Shown: positions 1 to 8,867 of the stretch, in pieces
How positions within the stretch are numbered: position 1 is the first letter of the stretch
How the letters are laid out: each line of letters opens with the position of its first letter
Virus record (IMG/VR): IMGVR_UViG_3300045988_154277
Direction: 5' to 3' (one strand)
Length of the DNA stretch: 64,000 nt
Source: a virus
Program-made: the position numbers and the translations under genes
The notes under the pieces: generated by a model
What the model saw: only the letters and a program-made list of their open reading frames with translations
Databases searched by the model: none
Told to the model about the DNA's origin: nothing

Positions 1-143
1 TGTTTCAGACCCAACGCACGTGTGATCTTCTGGTTTTGCCATCCGTAAGCATCCACATATGCGATCTGGTTCATTTTCTCAACCAGACGTTTCAGTTCTT
101 GGATCTTATCCGAATCAGCATTCGTGTTAGAACAAGTGCTCAT
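1..143 (-). CDS. hypothetical protein, 5' part only (gene continues beyond window start); ATG at 143..141 with GGGAG-like RBS
   Basis: Open minus-strand frame from ATG (revcomp of 'cat' at 141-143) running off the window; RBS-like 'aagggag' ~8 nt upstream. Confidence 0.35.
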   Translation of the reverse strand, partial: MSTCSNTNADSDKIQELKRLVEKMNQIAYVDAYGWQNQKITRALGLK

Positions 144-414
144 CGTAACCACTCCCTTCCAAGTCATCATTTAGACTTAATTCACCTTCGATGTAGTCGT
201 TGTCGATCCCTTCGTCCAACTCCACATACTCAGGCTGCAGGTTATCATCCTCCCTGATGATCTCAGGGGTATCATCTGACGATGCGCTGATCTCCACCAT
301 CTGATCCGGTACTTGTTCACTAGAACAAGTAGGACAGAACATGTAGTCAACGACATCGTCGAACTCCTCTGTGTCATACCAGCGATGACACTTACAACAT
401 TTGAAATAGCTCAT
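127..414 (-). CDS. small zinc-ribbon protein with strongly acidic C-terminal tail
   Basis: ORF track 95 aa; N-terminal CxxC...CPxC pattern (CCKCH..CPTC) then D/E-rich tail; paralogous to 5987..6238. Confidence 0.5.
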   Translation of the reverse strand: MSYFKCCKCHRWYDTEEFDDVVDYMFCPTCSSEQVPDQMVEISASSDDTPEIIREDDNLQPEYVELDEGIDNDYIEGELSLNDDLEGSGYDEHLF

Positions 415-1201
415 GTATCTTTCCTTTCGGGATCCAAGTCATCCCTTTTGTTAAGTACGTCATACCGGTAATATTCGCATCTACGAACCATTTGTGGCTG
501 ATGTCGATACTGGATGATGATCGTTTACCATCCGCTCTTTTGAATACGATCTTGAGTCGATCCATCCGGTCATCCCACTTAAGAGAGTAGTGTTTGCGTG
601 TCTCATCATCGAGCGACTGCATGATGATATCACAGCAGTCGCTCTCAGAGTAGTGTGATGTACTGTTTTGATAATACCAGATGTAGAAGAAGCGTTGGAG
701 ATCCTCCTCCAACGCACCATAGTGTTTGGTCCACTCTCCAGTCGTATCACGACTGGGTTGACTATGTCCCAACTCACACAACTTCTTGAAATGATGCGAT
801 ATATGCTCCAAATAGTTGTCGTATCTATCAAGATGTAAATACTGATTCACATCTTCGATCTGAACACGATGCCCGACAACGCTGTTGTCTTTCGTGTAGA
901 GTTCACAATAAACGAAACGATGATCTCGTTCATACTTACGTGACTCTTTATACGGTTGGATGAAACACTTGCAGGTACCACTCACAGGATCCCAATCGAC
1001 GCTGGTTATGATATCGTACTTCGGGTTGTCATCTTGGAACGCATCTACGATGATGGATAGGAAAGTGTGATGTAAACACACTTCCATTTCCATCTCATCT
1101 TTACACTCCGGAAGTGGACTGCCTTCACATGCAATGCATGCTTTGACAACCACATCTTTCAAAGCTTGTAACGTTTTGACGATCTTCTGTTCTCTTGTCA
1201 T
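392..1201 (-). CDS. hypothetical protein, distant member of the tandem paralog family (H.F.Y...GHRVQIEDV motif)
   Basis: 269-aa ORF; shares the central F/Y-x-Y-G...(L)I(H)xVxVxC-like motif with downstream paralogs. Confidence 0.55.
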   Translation of the reverse strand: MTREQKIVKTLQALKDVVVKACIACEGSPLPECKDEMEMEVCLHHTFLSIIVDAFQDDNPKYDIITSVDWDPVSGTCKCFIQPYKESRKYERDHRFVYCELYTKDNSVVGHRVQIEDVNQYLHLDRYDNYLEHISHHFKKLCELGHSQPSRDTTGEWTKHYGALEEDLQRFFYIWYYQNSTSHYSESDCCDIIMQSLDDETRKHYSLKWDDRMDRLKIVFKRADGKRSSSSIDISHKWFVDANITGMTYLTKGMTWIPKGKIHELFQML

Positions 1202-1235
1202 AGTTTACTCCTTCGTGCATAATGTTAAGTTTGAC

Positions 1236-1269
1236 GTATAGAGCGGGATGATACTATCCCGCTCTATAC
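1236..1269. repeat. perfect hairpin/palindrome in intergenic spacer (14-bp stem)
   Basis: gtatagagcgggat-gatact-atcccgctctatac. Confidence 0.6.
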
Positions 1270-1276
1270 ACAGTAA

Positions 1277-1975
1277 TCATCGATTGATATTGATCAACGT
1301 GTACCAATGCTTTTTGATCTTGATCGGTACTTCGTGCAACACTCCATAGAACGAGAGTGTGAGATGTCTCTGCTTGGGATACCGTGCCAAATAACACTGC
1401 ATCGTCTGACACACCTCAAGGTGCTCTTTCAGATACTTGATGAATGCAGGATATCCATCCACAAGTCCGATACACTCCATATGACTGTAGATATCCTGGA
1501 ACTCTTCGTTGAGTTCACGAACAGTTAAGTTCGTATCCCCGCAGATCGCTTCTTGTATGTGTGCATTCAACTGATTGATTTGCTTGTCCAAAATACCGAT
1601 CGGAAAGAATCGGCAGATGGACTCGATCTGCAAACGATATCCTACAATCAAACCACGACTCATCGATCTATAAGATCCAACGAAGATCTGTCCATACACG
1701 AACTGATCAAAATCACGATCCGCATCGACAGGTCTGAGGTAGAACGTATAGGTGTTCCTCCAGGTATCCCATTTCCCATCATATTCGATATTGATGGTTG
1801 GGAATTTAGTCTCCAGCTGATGTATCACGTTCATCAATGAACTACGGAGCTGCCCTTCTATGCTACGAGTATCAACACCCGTTAACGGACAATACATCAA
1901 AATATTGATATGAGCACTTATGGTGTTCCGTATGGTGCCCACGATCAATGATTCTTTCAATGTTACTTGTTCCAT
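1277..1975 (-). CDS. hypothetical protein, tandem paralog family member
   Basis: 232-aa ORF; motif FVYGQIFVGSYRS...LIVGYRLQIESIC aligns with FVYGSIM...LIHGVNIQ of other members. Confidence 0.6.
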   Translation of the reverse strand: MEQVTLKESLIVGTIRNTISAHINILMYCPLTGVDTRSIEGQLRSSLMNVIHQLETKFPTINIEYDGKWDTWRNTYTFYLRPVDADRDFDQFVYGQIFVGSYRSMSRGLIVGYRLQIESICRFFPIGILDKQINQLNAHIQEAICGDTNLTVRELNEEFQDIYSHMECIGLVDGYPAFIKYLKEHLEVCQTMQCYLARYPKQRHLTLSFYGVLHEVPIKIKKHWYTLININR

Positions 1976-1988
1976 TTTGATATTCCTT

Positions 1989-2516
1989 TCACTGTAACTG
2001 TTTAATGCAATCTGTTAGAGCTGCTTCCAACCGCGGGTTGTGATAACGCTCACCAAGTTGCAAGACGGAGTTGATCTCTTCCTGTGACAAAACACGCATG
2101 AACTTCGTATCTGCTTTGAGACACTGGTGTTCATCGAAATAATGAGATAACCATGCGATTTCGTGTACATTATCTGTACGAAAATCCGATGGATCGAGGA
2201 TCTCTACATCGACTCCAAAATCAGACGGATCAGAACCATCACACCCGAAGATGTGATAATACGAGCCATCGATACGTGCGTAATAATGATTGTACGTACC
2301 ACGCAATACCTCCTTCCGTAATGTATGGTACGGGGTTCCTTCTAACATCATCCCTACACCAACGATGTGACTATCGTAATGGTGAAATGCTGTACAAAGG
2401 ATCTGAGCGAACCGAAAGCACTGTCCGTTCGCATAGATGAGTTCATGCCATAGTCCGACACTCGGTTGTTCCTTCGGATGGAACAACTCGATGAAATCTA
2501 TCACCTCCTGATGCAT
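1989..2516 (-). CDS. hypothetical protein
   Basis: 175-aa ORF tightly packed between family members; His/Tyr-rich. Confidence 0.5.
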   Translation of the reverse strand: MHQEVIDFIELFHPKEQPSVGLWHELIYANGQCFRFAQILCTAFHHYDSHIVGVGMMLEGTPYHTLRKEVLRGTYNHYYARIDGSYYHIFGCDGSDPSDFGVDVEILDPSDFRTDNVHEIAWLSHYFDEHQCLKADTKFMRVLSQEEINSVLQLGERYHNPRLEAALTDCIKQLQ

Positions 2517-2523
2517 ATTCCAT

Positions 2524-2910
2524 TCACTCCTCTGGATAGATCCAACTCAAGTTGATACCCTGTCCTCGATATAAGACCTGTTTGGTCGGATAACGACCTC
2601 CGAGTAACTCTATGATCATCATTGCAGTATCCGGAAGTCCAGCATACCGGAACTTCACGTATTGACACCATTTATCACTGTGACGTGAAGTATAGATCTG
2701 CTGGAACGTCAAAAGACGTTCCGGATGTTGAATATTGAGTTCACTTACATAATGCTCAAGAGCATCATTCACTTTTGAATGAGTGGTCCTCTCAATAAAC
2801 TCCATCTCGGTCTCATACTCAAACGGTTTAAACGAGTCAACCAAATGGCGTCTCAGATCAGTAAGGTTGATCTGATCTTTCAGTTGTTGTGATATCGTAA
2901 GTTCTTCCAT
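2524..2910 (-). CDS. hypothetical protein
   Basis: 128-aa ORF, 8-nt spacing to neighbour. Confidence 0.45.
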   Translation of the reverse strand: MEELTISQQLKDQINLTDLRRHLVDSFKPFEYETEMEFIERTTHSKVNDALEHYVSELNIQHPERLLTFQQIYTSRHSDKWCQYVKFRYAGLPDTAMMIIELLGGRYPTKQVLYRGQGINLSWIYPEE

Positions 2911-2925
2911 GATGAAGTCTCCTTG

Positions 2926-3624
2926 TTATTCAAACGTGTCTAAAAGTGAATCATTTAACGCGATATGACGAACCAGGATCGCGTTACCTTTGTAATAGAA
3001 TCCGATGACCAAATTACCCTGCTCGTACCAAAACTTGATGTTGCGATATCCTGTATATCCCAACATCTTCTTCAATGATTGACAGAATGCACGTTTGCTC
3101 AGATCAGGATCTCGCCACTTGGAAATATTCCAAAGTTCTTCGATACATGGTTTCAGCAATTCTAAATAGTTCGGTACAATCGAATATGCTACCTTGAACG
3201 CGATCAAGATCTGATCGATGAGTTTTCTCGCTGTGGACTGTGCGTTCTGATACTGCGTATCAGAGAACCGATCAGGGATCGGCAAGCACTCCACATTGAC
3301 AGCTCTGATCAACCACAGGTTGTCATCCTGACAAGTCATTTCTATTTGACCGCACAAATACTGATGTGTTGGACGAACCGTGTCGGTGAGTGTAAACCTG
3401 ATACAACAAGTACGGTTCTCTTCTCGTTTGGATTCGTCACCGTTGTCGCACAATCGCTTCAGTTCTGGATAGACAAAACGAAGTACATAGCGCACGTCCC
3501 ACAGTGCATGGTGGATAACGCGTGTGGGATATGGATACTTTTTCCCTAGCAGTCCACCAAGTGTTTTTAACACGGTCTCCTGGAGTTGATACAAATTCTG
3601 ATTTTGTGTTGTTATCTGAGTCAT
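2926..3624 (-). CDS. hypothetical protein, tandem paralog family member
   Basis: 232 aa; conserved N-term (LxxLGxxLG), central HQYLCGQIEM..WLIRAVNVEC and C-term KWxxPxL...LLxYxGYRxIxF....FYYK motifs. Confidence 0.65.
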   Translation of the reverse strand: MTQITTQNQNLYQLQETVLKTLGGLLGKKYPYPTRVIHHALWDVRYVLRFVYPELKRLCDNGDESKREENRTCCIRFTLTDTVRPTHQYLCGQIEMTCQDDNLWLIRAVNVECLPIPDRFSDTQYQNAQSTARKLIDQILIAFKVAYSIVPNYLELLKPCIEELWNISKWRDPDLSKRAFCQSLKKMLGYTGYRNIKFWYEQGNLVIGFYYKGNAILVRHIALNDSLLDTFE

Positions 3625-3648
3625 GATGGTCCTCTTTGTTAATGACTC

Positions 3649-3684
3649 GTACTTAGGGGTAGTAAAATAACTACCCCTAAGTAC
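3649..3684. repeat. perfect hairpin in intergenic spacer (14-bp stem)
   Basis: gtacttaggggtag-taaaataa-ctacccctaagtac. Confidence 0.6.
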
Positions 3685-3695
3685 TTATGTTGTTA

Positions 3696-4436
3696 TTAGA
3701 AATGCGGGTTCAGTGAGATAACAGTCTGATGTTCTTTCTGTCCACGATGGTGGTACTCGATGAACAACTTGTTCTTTTCAGAGCGGAAGTAGATCGTACG
3801 ATATCCATCGTAGTCCAGAAGAGACTTGATCCTCTTGGCGAACTGACAGATTGTGATATCGGGATTCGTCCATTTGCAGTGATCCCAAATTCTGTCGATA
3901 CGTTCGTCCAGCTTGTTTTCAACAGGTTTCAGATAATGCTGAAGATCGTGATCTGATCGATCCTTTCTAATCTTCTGAAGACCCGACTGGATATCTTCGA
4001 TGTACCGTCGAGCGAACATCCGATCACTGCGGAATTCGTCTGCATCAATACGACGACTTATCACAGGTGCAATCTGTATATTTACACCGTGGATCAAGAA
4101 GGATCCCTCCTGATGAGTGGTCATAATCGATCCGTAGACGAAGTGTTTGCAATCATCGTGGTACCGATCCAACCGAAACATGAATTTACTGTGACTGTAT
4201 CGTTCCCCGTGTTGACCCTTCGGTGACAGCCACTTCGTATCGATGTGATCCATGAAGAGTTCCAATTCAGGAAGTGAGAGTTTACCTCGTAGGTTGTGGT
4301 GAAGTTCATGAAGGAGTCTGTTGATCACTTTCTCGGGTTGTGTGTAGGAACGACCAAGCAACGATTGGGTTGCTTCCAGTGATGCGATCTGGATCTGTTT
4401 CAGATCGCTTGCGTAAGGATCGTGTGTTTGTGCCAT
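3696..4436 (-). CDS. hypothetical protein, tandem paralog family member (start moved to internal ATG with GGAGG RBS)
   Basis: ORF track 3696..4490; the second Met (MAQTHDPY...) has GGAGGAAGAACCCC-ATG RBS and leaves the 4476..4505 hairpin intergenic; family motifs CKHFVYGSIM..FLIHGVNIQ and C-term KWTNP...LLDYDGYRTIYF. Confidence 0.6.
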   Translation of the reverse strand: MAQTHDPYASDLKQIQIASLEATQSLLGRSYTQPEKVINRLLHELHHNLRGKLSLPELELFMDHIDTKWLSPKGQHGERYSHSKFMFRLDRYHDDCKHFVYGSIMTTHQEGSFLIHGVNIQIAPVISRRIDADEFRSDRMFARRYIEDIQSGLQKIRKDRSDHDLQHYLKPVENKLDERIDRIWDHCKWTNPDITICQFAKRIKSLLDYDGYRTIYFRSEKNKLFIEYHHRGQKEHQTVISLNPHF

Positions 4437-4475
4437 GGGGTTCTTCCTCCGTATGGTTATTGGGTTATGTTTTGT

Positions 4476-4505
4476 ATTAGGAGGGAACACGATATCCCTC
4501 CTAAT
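4476..4505. repeat. perfect hairpin in intergenic spacer (11-bp stem)
   Basis: attaggaggga-acacgat-atccctcctaat. Confidence 0.55.
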
Positions 4506-4517
4506 GCACTGCTTCGT

Positions 4518-5201
4518 TTACAGTATCTCGTCAAATGCAGAATACAAGACGAGATGTTTTGTGGTCATGAGTTCGTCTTTGTAATAGAAGTTGATCAACA
4601 TCTCACATCCACGACCTTCCTTGAACTGAACGGTACGACAACGTTCATAGTCAAGAAGAGCTGGTAATGTACGACGGACGAATGTCGTCCGATCCAACTC
4701 AGGATGTTGCCACTTCATGATACACCAGATGTTGAAGATGGTTGCTCCTAAAAACTCCATCTTATCACAAATGCATTGAGATGTTCCACGGATCCCACGC
4801 TGGATCTGTCCGATCGTAAGTTTCACATCATGGATGTCTTCACAGAGCGTATCATTCGATCTGTAGTCGCCTGGGATCCGTCTACATGTCACTGCGACAG
4901 CGTGGATCAACCAAGATCCGTTGAAGAGTTCCATATCAACTCTGATGTAAAGATAATGATTACAGTTGCGATGGTGACGATCCATCCGGAGGATGATCGT
5001 GTAAGAAGTGGTATCTTCTGGATCTAACTCTTGTGGATCCCTAAATACTTCCAATCCTCTGTCGATATACTTCGTAGTTGCTGATGCGATCGTTTGACCG
5101 ATCGTCGTTACGGGATCCAGATGGTACGTCCCGATCAACTTCTGGAATGATTTCAACAGATCAGCTTGGATCCGTCTTAAGATTTCTTCCGATGTTAACA
5201 T
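4518..5201 (-). CDS. hypothetical protein, tandem paralog family member
   Basis: ORF track 4518..5219; start likely second ATG (MLTSEEIL) preceded by AAAGGA; motifs CNHYLYIRVDME..WLIHAVAVTC and KWQHPEL..LLDYERCRTVQF..FYYK. Confidence 0.6.
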   Translation of the reverse strand: MLTSEEILRRIQADLLKSFQKLIGTYHLDPVTTIGQTIASATTKYIDRGLEVFRDPQELDPEDTTSYTIILRMDRHHRNCNHYLYIRVDMELFNGSWLIHAVAVTCRRIPGDYRSNDTLCEDIHDVKLTIGQIQRGIRGTSQCICDKMEFLGATIFNIWCIMKWQHPELDRTTFVRRTLPALLDYERCRTVQFKEGRGCEMLINFYYKDELMTTKHLVLYSAFDEIL

Positions 5202-5223
5202 AATGATATTTCCTTTCATGTTG

Positions 5224-5261
5224 CCTACTTGGTAAGGGTATCGATACCCTTACCAAGTAGG
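5224..5261. repeat. 38-bp perfect palindrome filling the spacer between two paralogs
   Basis: cctacttggtaagggtatc|gatacccttaccaagtagg, exact reverse complement. Confidence 0.7.
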
Positions 5262-5267
5262 ATGTTG

Positions 5268-5987
5268 TTACAATAGATCCTCGAGTGATTCACTCAGATG
5301 GATCTTGTGGGCAAGGATCAGTTCTCTCTTATAGTAGAACTCTACGATCAACTCACCATCTTTTCCTTCTTTGAATTGAACCTTCGTATAACGTTCGTAT
5401 TCCAAGTAGGACGTTAATCCAGAACTGATGAATGTCTTAAGTGGCATCCACGGTTCGTGCCATTTGGTGAAGGACCAGATGTGTAAGATCTTGGAGTCTA
5501 AAAACTCCAAAGTACGTGTAATCGTACCATCGTAGTCCAATGTATTCACGAACCCTCTTGCGGATCGGATCATCAGATGGAGCTTATCGAATGCACGTCT
5601 TGCATCTGAGATACTCCTGGCAAGTTCATCACTGGTTCTATATACATCCGGAACCGGTTTGCATTTCACAGTAACGGAGTGGATCAACCACTTATGATCA
5701 GCACAGTGTTCCATCTCCACTTTACCGTAAAGATAGTGGGCACTGCTACAACGACCGTGACCGATCCTCACCAAGAACGCATACATAGTACCCTGTTCCG
5801 TGTGTCTCGGTAACAGGTTCTTGCCATCATAGATGTAAAGTCCGTAACCCGAGTACTGCTCATATATAGAACCGAGCACATGTGTGATCCGCAGTAACGG
5901 ATCATCAGAACTGGTTCCAAGGAACCCACGAAGTTCCTTCAGTAAAGTTGTTTGGATACCCCTAAGGAACTGTTCTTCTTGTGTCAT
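5268..5987 (-). CDS. hypothetical protein, tandem paralog family member
   Basis: 239 aa; motifs AHYLYGKVEMEH..WLIHSVTVKC and KWHEPW...LEYERYTKVQF..FYYK. Confidence 0.65.
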   Translation of the reverse strand: MTQEEQFLRGIQTTLLKELRGFLGTSSDDPLLRITHVLGSIYEQYSGYGLYIYDGKNLLPRHTEQGTMYAFLVRIGHGRCSSAHYLYGKVEMEHCADHKWLIHSVTVKCKPVPDVYRTSDELARSISDARRAFDKLHLMIRSARGFVNTLDYDGTITRTLEFLDSKILHIWSFTKWHEPWMPLKTFISSGLTSYLEYERYTKVQFKEGKDGELIVEFYYKRELILAHKIHLSESLEDLL

Positions 5988-6238
5988 TATAACTCCTCCT
6001 CGAACTCTTCGTTCGGTACATCGATGTCATCGTAAGATGCATCGAGATAGTTGTCTCCATCGTCGTAGAGATCATCCTCTTCCTCGTACAGCTCTTCCAT
6101 CTCATCTGTGTCATCCTCTACACTGAACATGTTCCCTCTGTACAGGCAGTCGGGACAGCAGTCCTCTGCAGCTTCAGACTCATCAGTGTAGTCGGATGGT
6201 TCATACATGTCACCACAATACTTGCAACGGTACATCAT
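5987..6238 (-). CDS. small zinc-ribbon protein with acidic tail (paralog of 127..414)
   Basis: 83 aa; CKYCG....CPDC then D/E/Y-rich tail; start overlaps stop of neighbour (ATGA). Confidence 0.5.
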   Translation of the reverse strand: MMYRCKYCGDMYEPSDYTDESEAAEDCCPDCLYRGNMFSVEDDTDEMEELYEEEDDLYDDGDNYLDASYDDIDVPNEEFEEEL

Positions 6239-6257
6239 ACTGTTCCTCCTTGTAAGA

Positions 6258-6752
6258 TTACCATTCTGGTTGTTTACTTGCTAATACCTCTACGTTCGAA
6301 GAACGAACGTAGTACTTGCCTTGGCGTTGACGGATGGACAGCGTCATCTTGTAACGTAATTTGGACTCCACCTCAAACGAGTTGGACTCTCGCCCTTTGG
6401 CCATCACCTCCGGTGCGTAATCGATCCATTTTCTCTCACATGCGATGTACACGATACACGCACCTGTCCATGACGTGGCTGTTGTAGTCGTATCTTGGAT
6501 CGAGATCGATACTTTCGGAGTAGTATCACGAGATTTATCATCATGATACTTAGGATCTTTCACCATCTCGTTGATCCAACTGTATAACCATTGTAAAATC
6601 TGATCCAGAGATGTGTTTTCAATGGTAACGTCAGGATACAGAGATGGTAGGTCTCTGCTTCTTTGTACGACATGGTTGATCCGTTCGTGAAGTTCAGACC
6701 GAACATGTCGTGTATAGCGATACCGCTCTTGTTCTAGTTTCTTAGTGATCAT
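6258..6752 (-). CDS. hypothetical protein
   Basis: 164-aa ORF, stop/start overlap with 6749..6943. Confidence 0.5.
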   Translation of the reverse strand: MITKKLEQERYRYTRHVRSELHERINHVVQRSRDLPSLYPDVTIENTSLDQILQWLYSWINEMVKDPKYHDDKSRDTTPKVSISIQDTTTTATSWTGACIVYIACERKWIDYAPEVMAKGRESNSFEVESKLRYKMTLSIRQRQGKYYVRSSNVEVLASKQPEW

Positions 6753-6943
6753 ACTTCATCCTCCTTCTTGAAGAACGTATAGTGAACACCATAGACGATG
6801 TACGTTCCGATATAAGTACCGACCAGTTGATAGTAGATCCGACACACATCAGAACGTTGTTCTGCTACACCATACGTGATCACGATATCGACATAGACCT
6901 CTTGTCGATCAACGGTAACAGGGTCTAATACTTCGAACTTCAT
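6749..6943 (-). CDS. hypothetical small protein
   Basis: 64-aa ORF translationally coupled to 6258..6752. Confidence 0.35.
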   Translation of the reverse strand: MKFEVLDPVTVDRQEVYVDIVITYGVAEQRSDVCRIYYQLVGTYIGTYIVYGVHYTFFKKEDEV

Positions 6944-7101
6944 ATCGGGTAGTTTCTCTTTTTATACGGATGGTGTTGACCGTGGTGTTCAACACATCTT
7001 AGATTTTGATGATTTTAACATGAAGTCATCTAGAGTGTGATACACCCCTGATATAACAAGGATGTTGTTGCTCTAGATGGTTAAATATAAGGTTCTGTGC
7101 T

Positions 7102-7713
7102 CTACTGATCACAGGTGTTCTTAGAGAGGGTAAGATCCTCCTGTTGGATCTGTCGATAAATATACCGTAAGATGCGATAACATGCCTCACCGCGTTCGGT
7201 CAGATGGGATGACTGGATGGTACCTACATGATCGGTGATCCCAGCAGCATGTAAGAACTGCAAGATCAGTTCACAACCATCCAAAAGATCGAGGTACAAG
7301 ATACCGGTATGATCACATCGATGGTAACTATGAGAGCTGATATGAACCGTAACAGCATGGTTCGGATCACAGAACCTGATCCATAGATGTCTGTTGTGCA
7401 GTCGTCGGATGATCATGTATAGAAGTTCATCGGTACCATTACCATAATAACATCCACACATCCCGAACGACTTATGAACGTATCGGATCACATCGACATA
7501 GTGGTAGATGTCCATATCACCATGTCGTACGGGATCATAGATCGACAAGATGTCACGAACGATGTTCTTGGGCAGTATCACCCTGCCCTCTCGCATCGCA
7601 GACAAGAACGAAGGGAACCTATGTTCCGTATCCAGAAGAACAGACTCCGGTACAGGAACCTCAGCATACTCATAAAGAGGAAGTATCTCTTGGTTGTAAA
7701 GATCGTTAGACAT
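7102..7713 (-). CDS. hypothetical protein (paralog of 7728..8336; Cys/His-rich)
   Basis: 203 aa; shared N-term YNxxxLPLY and central C.C...HLWIRFCDPNHAVTVHIS vs YVWVRERNDSTHQHYHLAL. Confidence 0.5.
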   Translation of the reverse strand: MSNDLYNQEILPLYEYAEVPVPESVLLDTEHRFPSFLSAMREGRVILPKNIVRDILSIYDPVRHGDMDIYHYVDVIRYVHKSFGMCGCYYGNGTDELLYMIIRRLHNRHLWIRFCDPNHAVTVHISSHSYHRCDHTGILYLDLLDGCELILQFLHAAGITDHVGTIQSSHLTERGEACYRILRYIYRQIQQEDLTLSKNTCDQ

Positions 7714-7727
7714 AAACGGTTATCTCC

Positions 7728-8336
7728 TTATCGGTTGTGATGCCAATGTTTCACATGTTGTGGTAGATCTTGTTCTTTGGTATAGATTTTGCTTAAGTAG
7801 CTATATTTGTAAATAGCGTTCTTAAAGTGTTCGATCGACATCTGATCTCGTTCTAGTATCATCCTGTTGCACTCAGCACTGCGGTATTCGACCAATCCAG
7901 GAAGATATACTCCGATCGTATTACACCAGTGACATTCTAACACTTCTCCTATGGTGATAAAGCTTTTACATACACTACCATCCACCCATAAGGCGAGATG
8001 GTAGTGTTGATGTGTACTATCGTTGCGTTCTCTTACCCATACGTAAGAAGGATGAGTGAACGCTATCCCTCGTAGGAATAATTCCATCGTATTGCAGAAA
8101 CAAGTGTTATCATTCACAGCCTCCTGGTAAAAGAATTGAGGGAACCTTATAGTGAAGGTTCCAAATAGAGTTGATTTCCTCCTATCTAGAATACGCTCTG
8201 TCAATCGTATTCCGTATTCAAGGATATTGAGATAATGCCCCATCTCATCTGTAGTTCGTACTGGAGATTGGTAAAGAGGCAGTTGATCTCCGTTATAAGG
8301 GTAATAAGGAATTACCCATTTCTTGTATCGGTACAT
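7728..8336 (-). CDS. hypothetical protein (paralog of 7102..7713; contains HxH-hydrophobic motif)
   Basis: 202 aa; AAGGAG RBS upstream of ATG at 8336. Confidence 0.5.
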   Translation of the reverse strand: MYRYKKWVIPYYPYNGDQLPLYQSPVRTTDEMGHYLNILEYGIRLTERILDRRKSTLFGTFTIRFPQFFYQEAVNDNTCFCNTMELFLRGIAFTHPSYVWVRERNDSTHQHYHLALWVDGSVCKSFITIGEVLECHWCNTIGVYLPGLVEYRSAECNRMILERDQMSIEHFKNAIYKYSYLSKIYTKEQDLPQHVKHWHHNR

Positions 8337-8479
8337 ATCGTACAGCTCCTTTCATTAATGTTGGTTCTCTATGTTGTGATGCACCCTTCGTCAGGCTCAG
8401 GGACATCGATGACTACGTTCGCTAGGTGTCTTGGAGGACACTACGCTCTCTTCGTTGCTCTTTTATACGCTTATGATGT

Positions 8480-8578
8480 GCATATAGAGAGACTGTGATA
8501 TGGAACTAACGTTGTTCCTTCACTGGTGATCTACTAACGTAGATCTAAGACGTTACGGTGTTGTGTCTCTCTATATGC
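8480..8578. promoter_or_regulatory. compound structured element: 14-bp inverted repeat enclosing two hairpins with CTAACGT loops
   Basis: gcatatagagagac (8480-8493) / gtctctctatatgc (8565-8578); inner hairpins ggaaCTAACGTtgttcc and gatctaCTAACGTagatc. Confidence 0.4.
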
Positions 8579-8785
8579 TTCTGTTGTTAGATCTTCATTG
8601 TACTTATCGATGAATGAAGTACGGATTATGAATGGTATCTTAACTGTAGCTACATATGGTTGGGTTATATAGTTACTACCATAATACCTGGTTAAGATTT
8701 GAGGGTAAGTTGAGGGTAAAATAACGATGGGATAAATCGTCATATGACTATTATATTTACTCTACTAGATCCCATCTATCAACAA

Positions 8786-8824
8786 GTAATATATACGTGA
8801 AATAGACTTCAGTTACACTAAAAG
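8786..8824 (+). promoter_or_regulatory. diverged copy of the AGTWATATAT..GAAA motif (promoter-like family)
   Basis: agtaatatatacgtgaaatagacttcagttacactaaaag aligns to the 33-mer shared by 10355..10387 and 39695..39727. Confidence 0.4.
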
Positions 8825-8833
8825 AGTAAAAGA

Positions 8834-8857
8834 AGAAGACTAGGGTGACTAGTCTTC
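8834..8857 (-). terminator. rho-independent terminator for minus-strand gene 8868..9086
   Basis: gaagactag-ggtga-ctagtcttc followed on the minus strand by UUCUUUUACUCUUUU. Confidence 0.6.
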
Positions 8858-8867
8858 ACTATCTAAG

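Noticed and set aside
36-257. 73-aa plus-strand ORF at window start
   Set aside because: Overlaps and is antisense to two better-supported minus-strand genes (<1..143 and 127..414).
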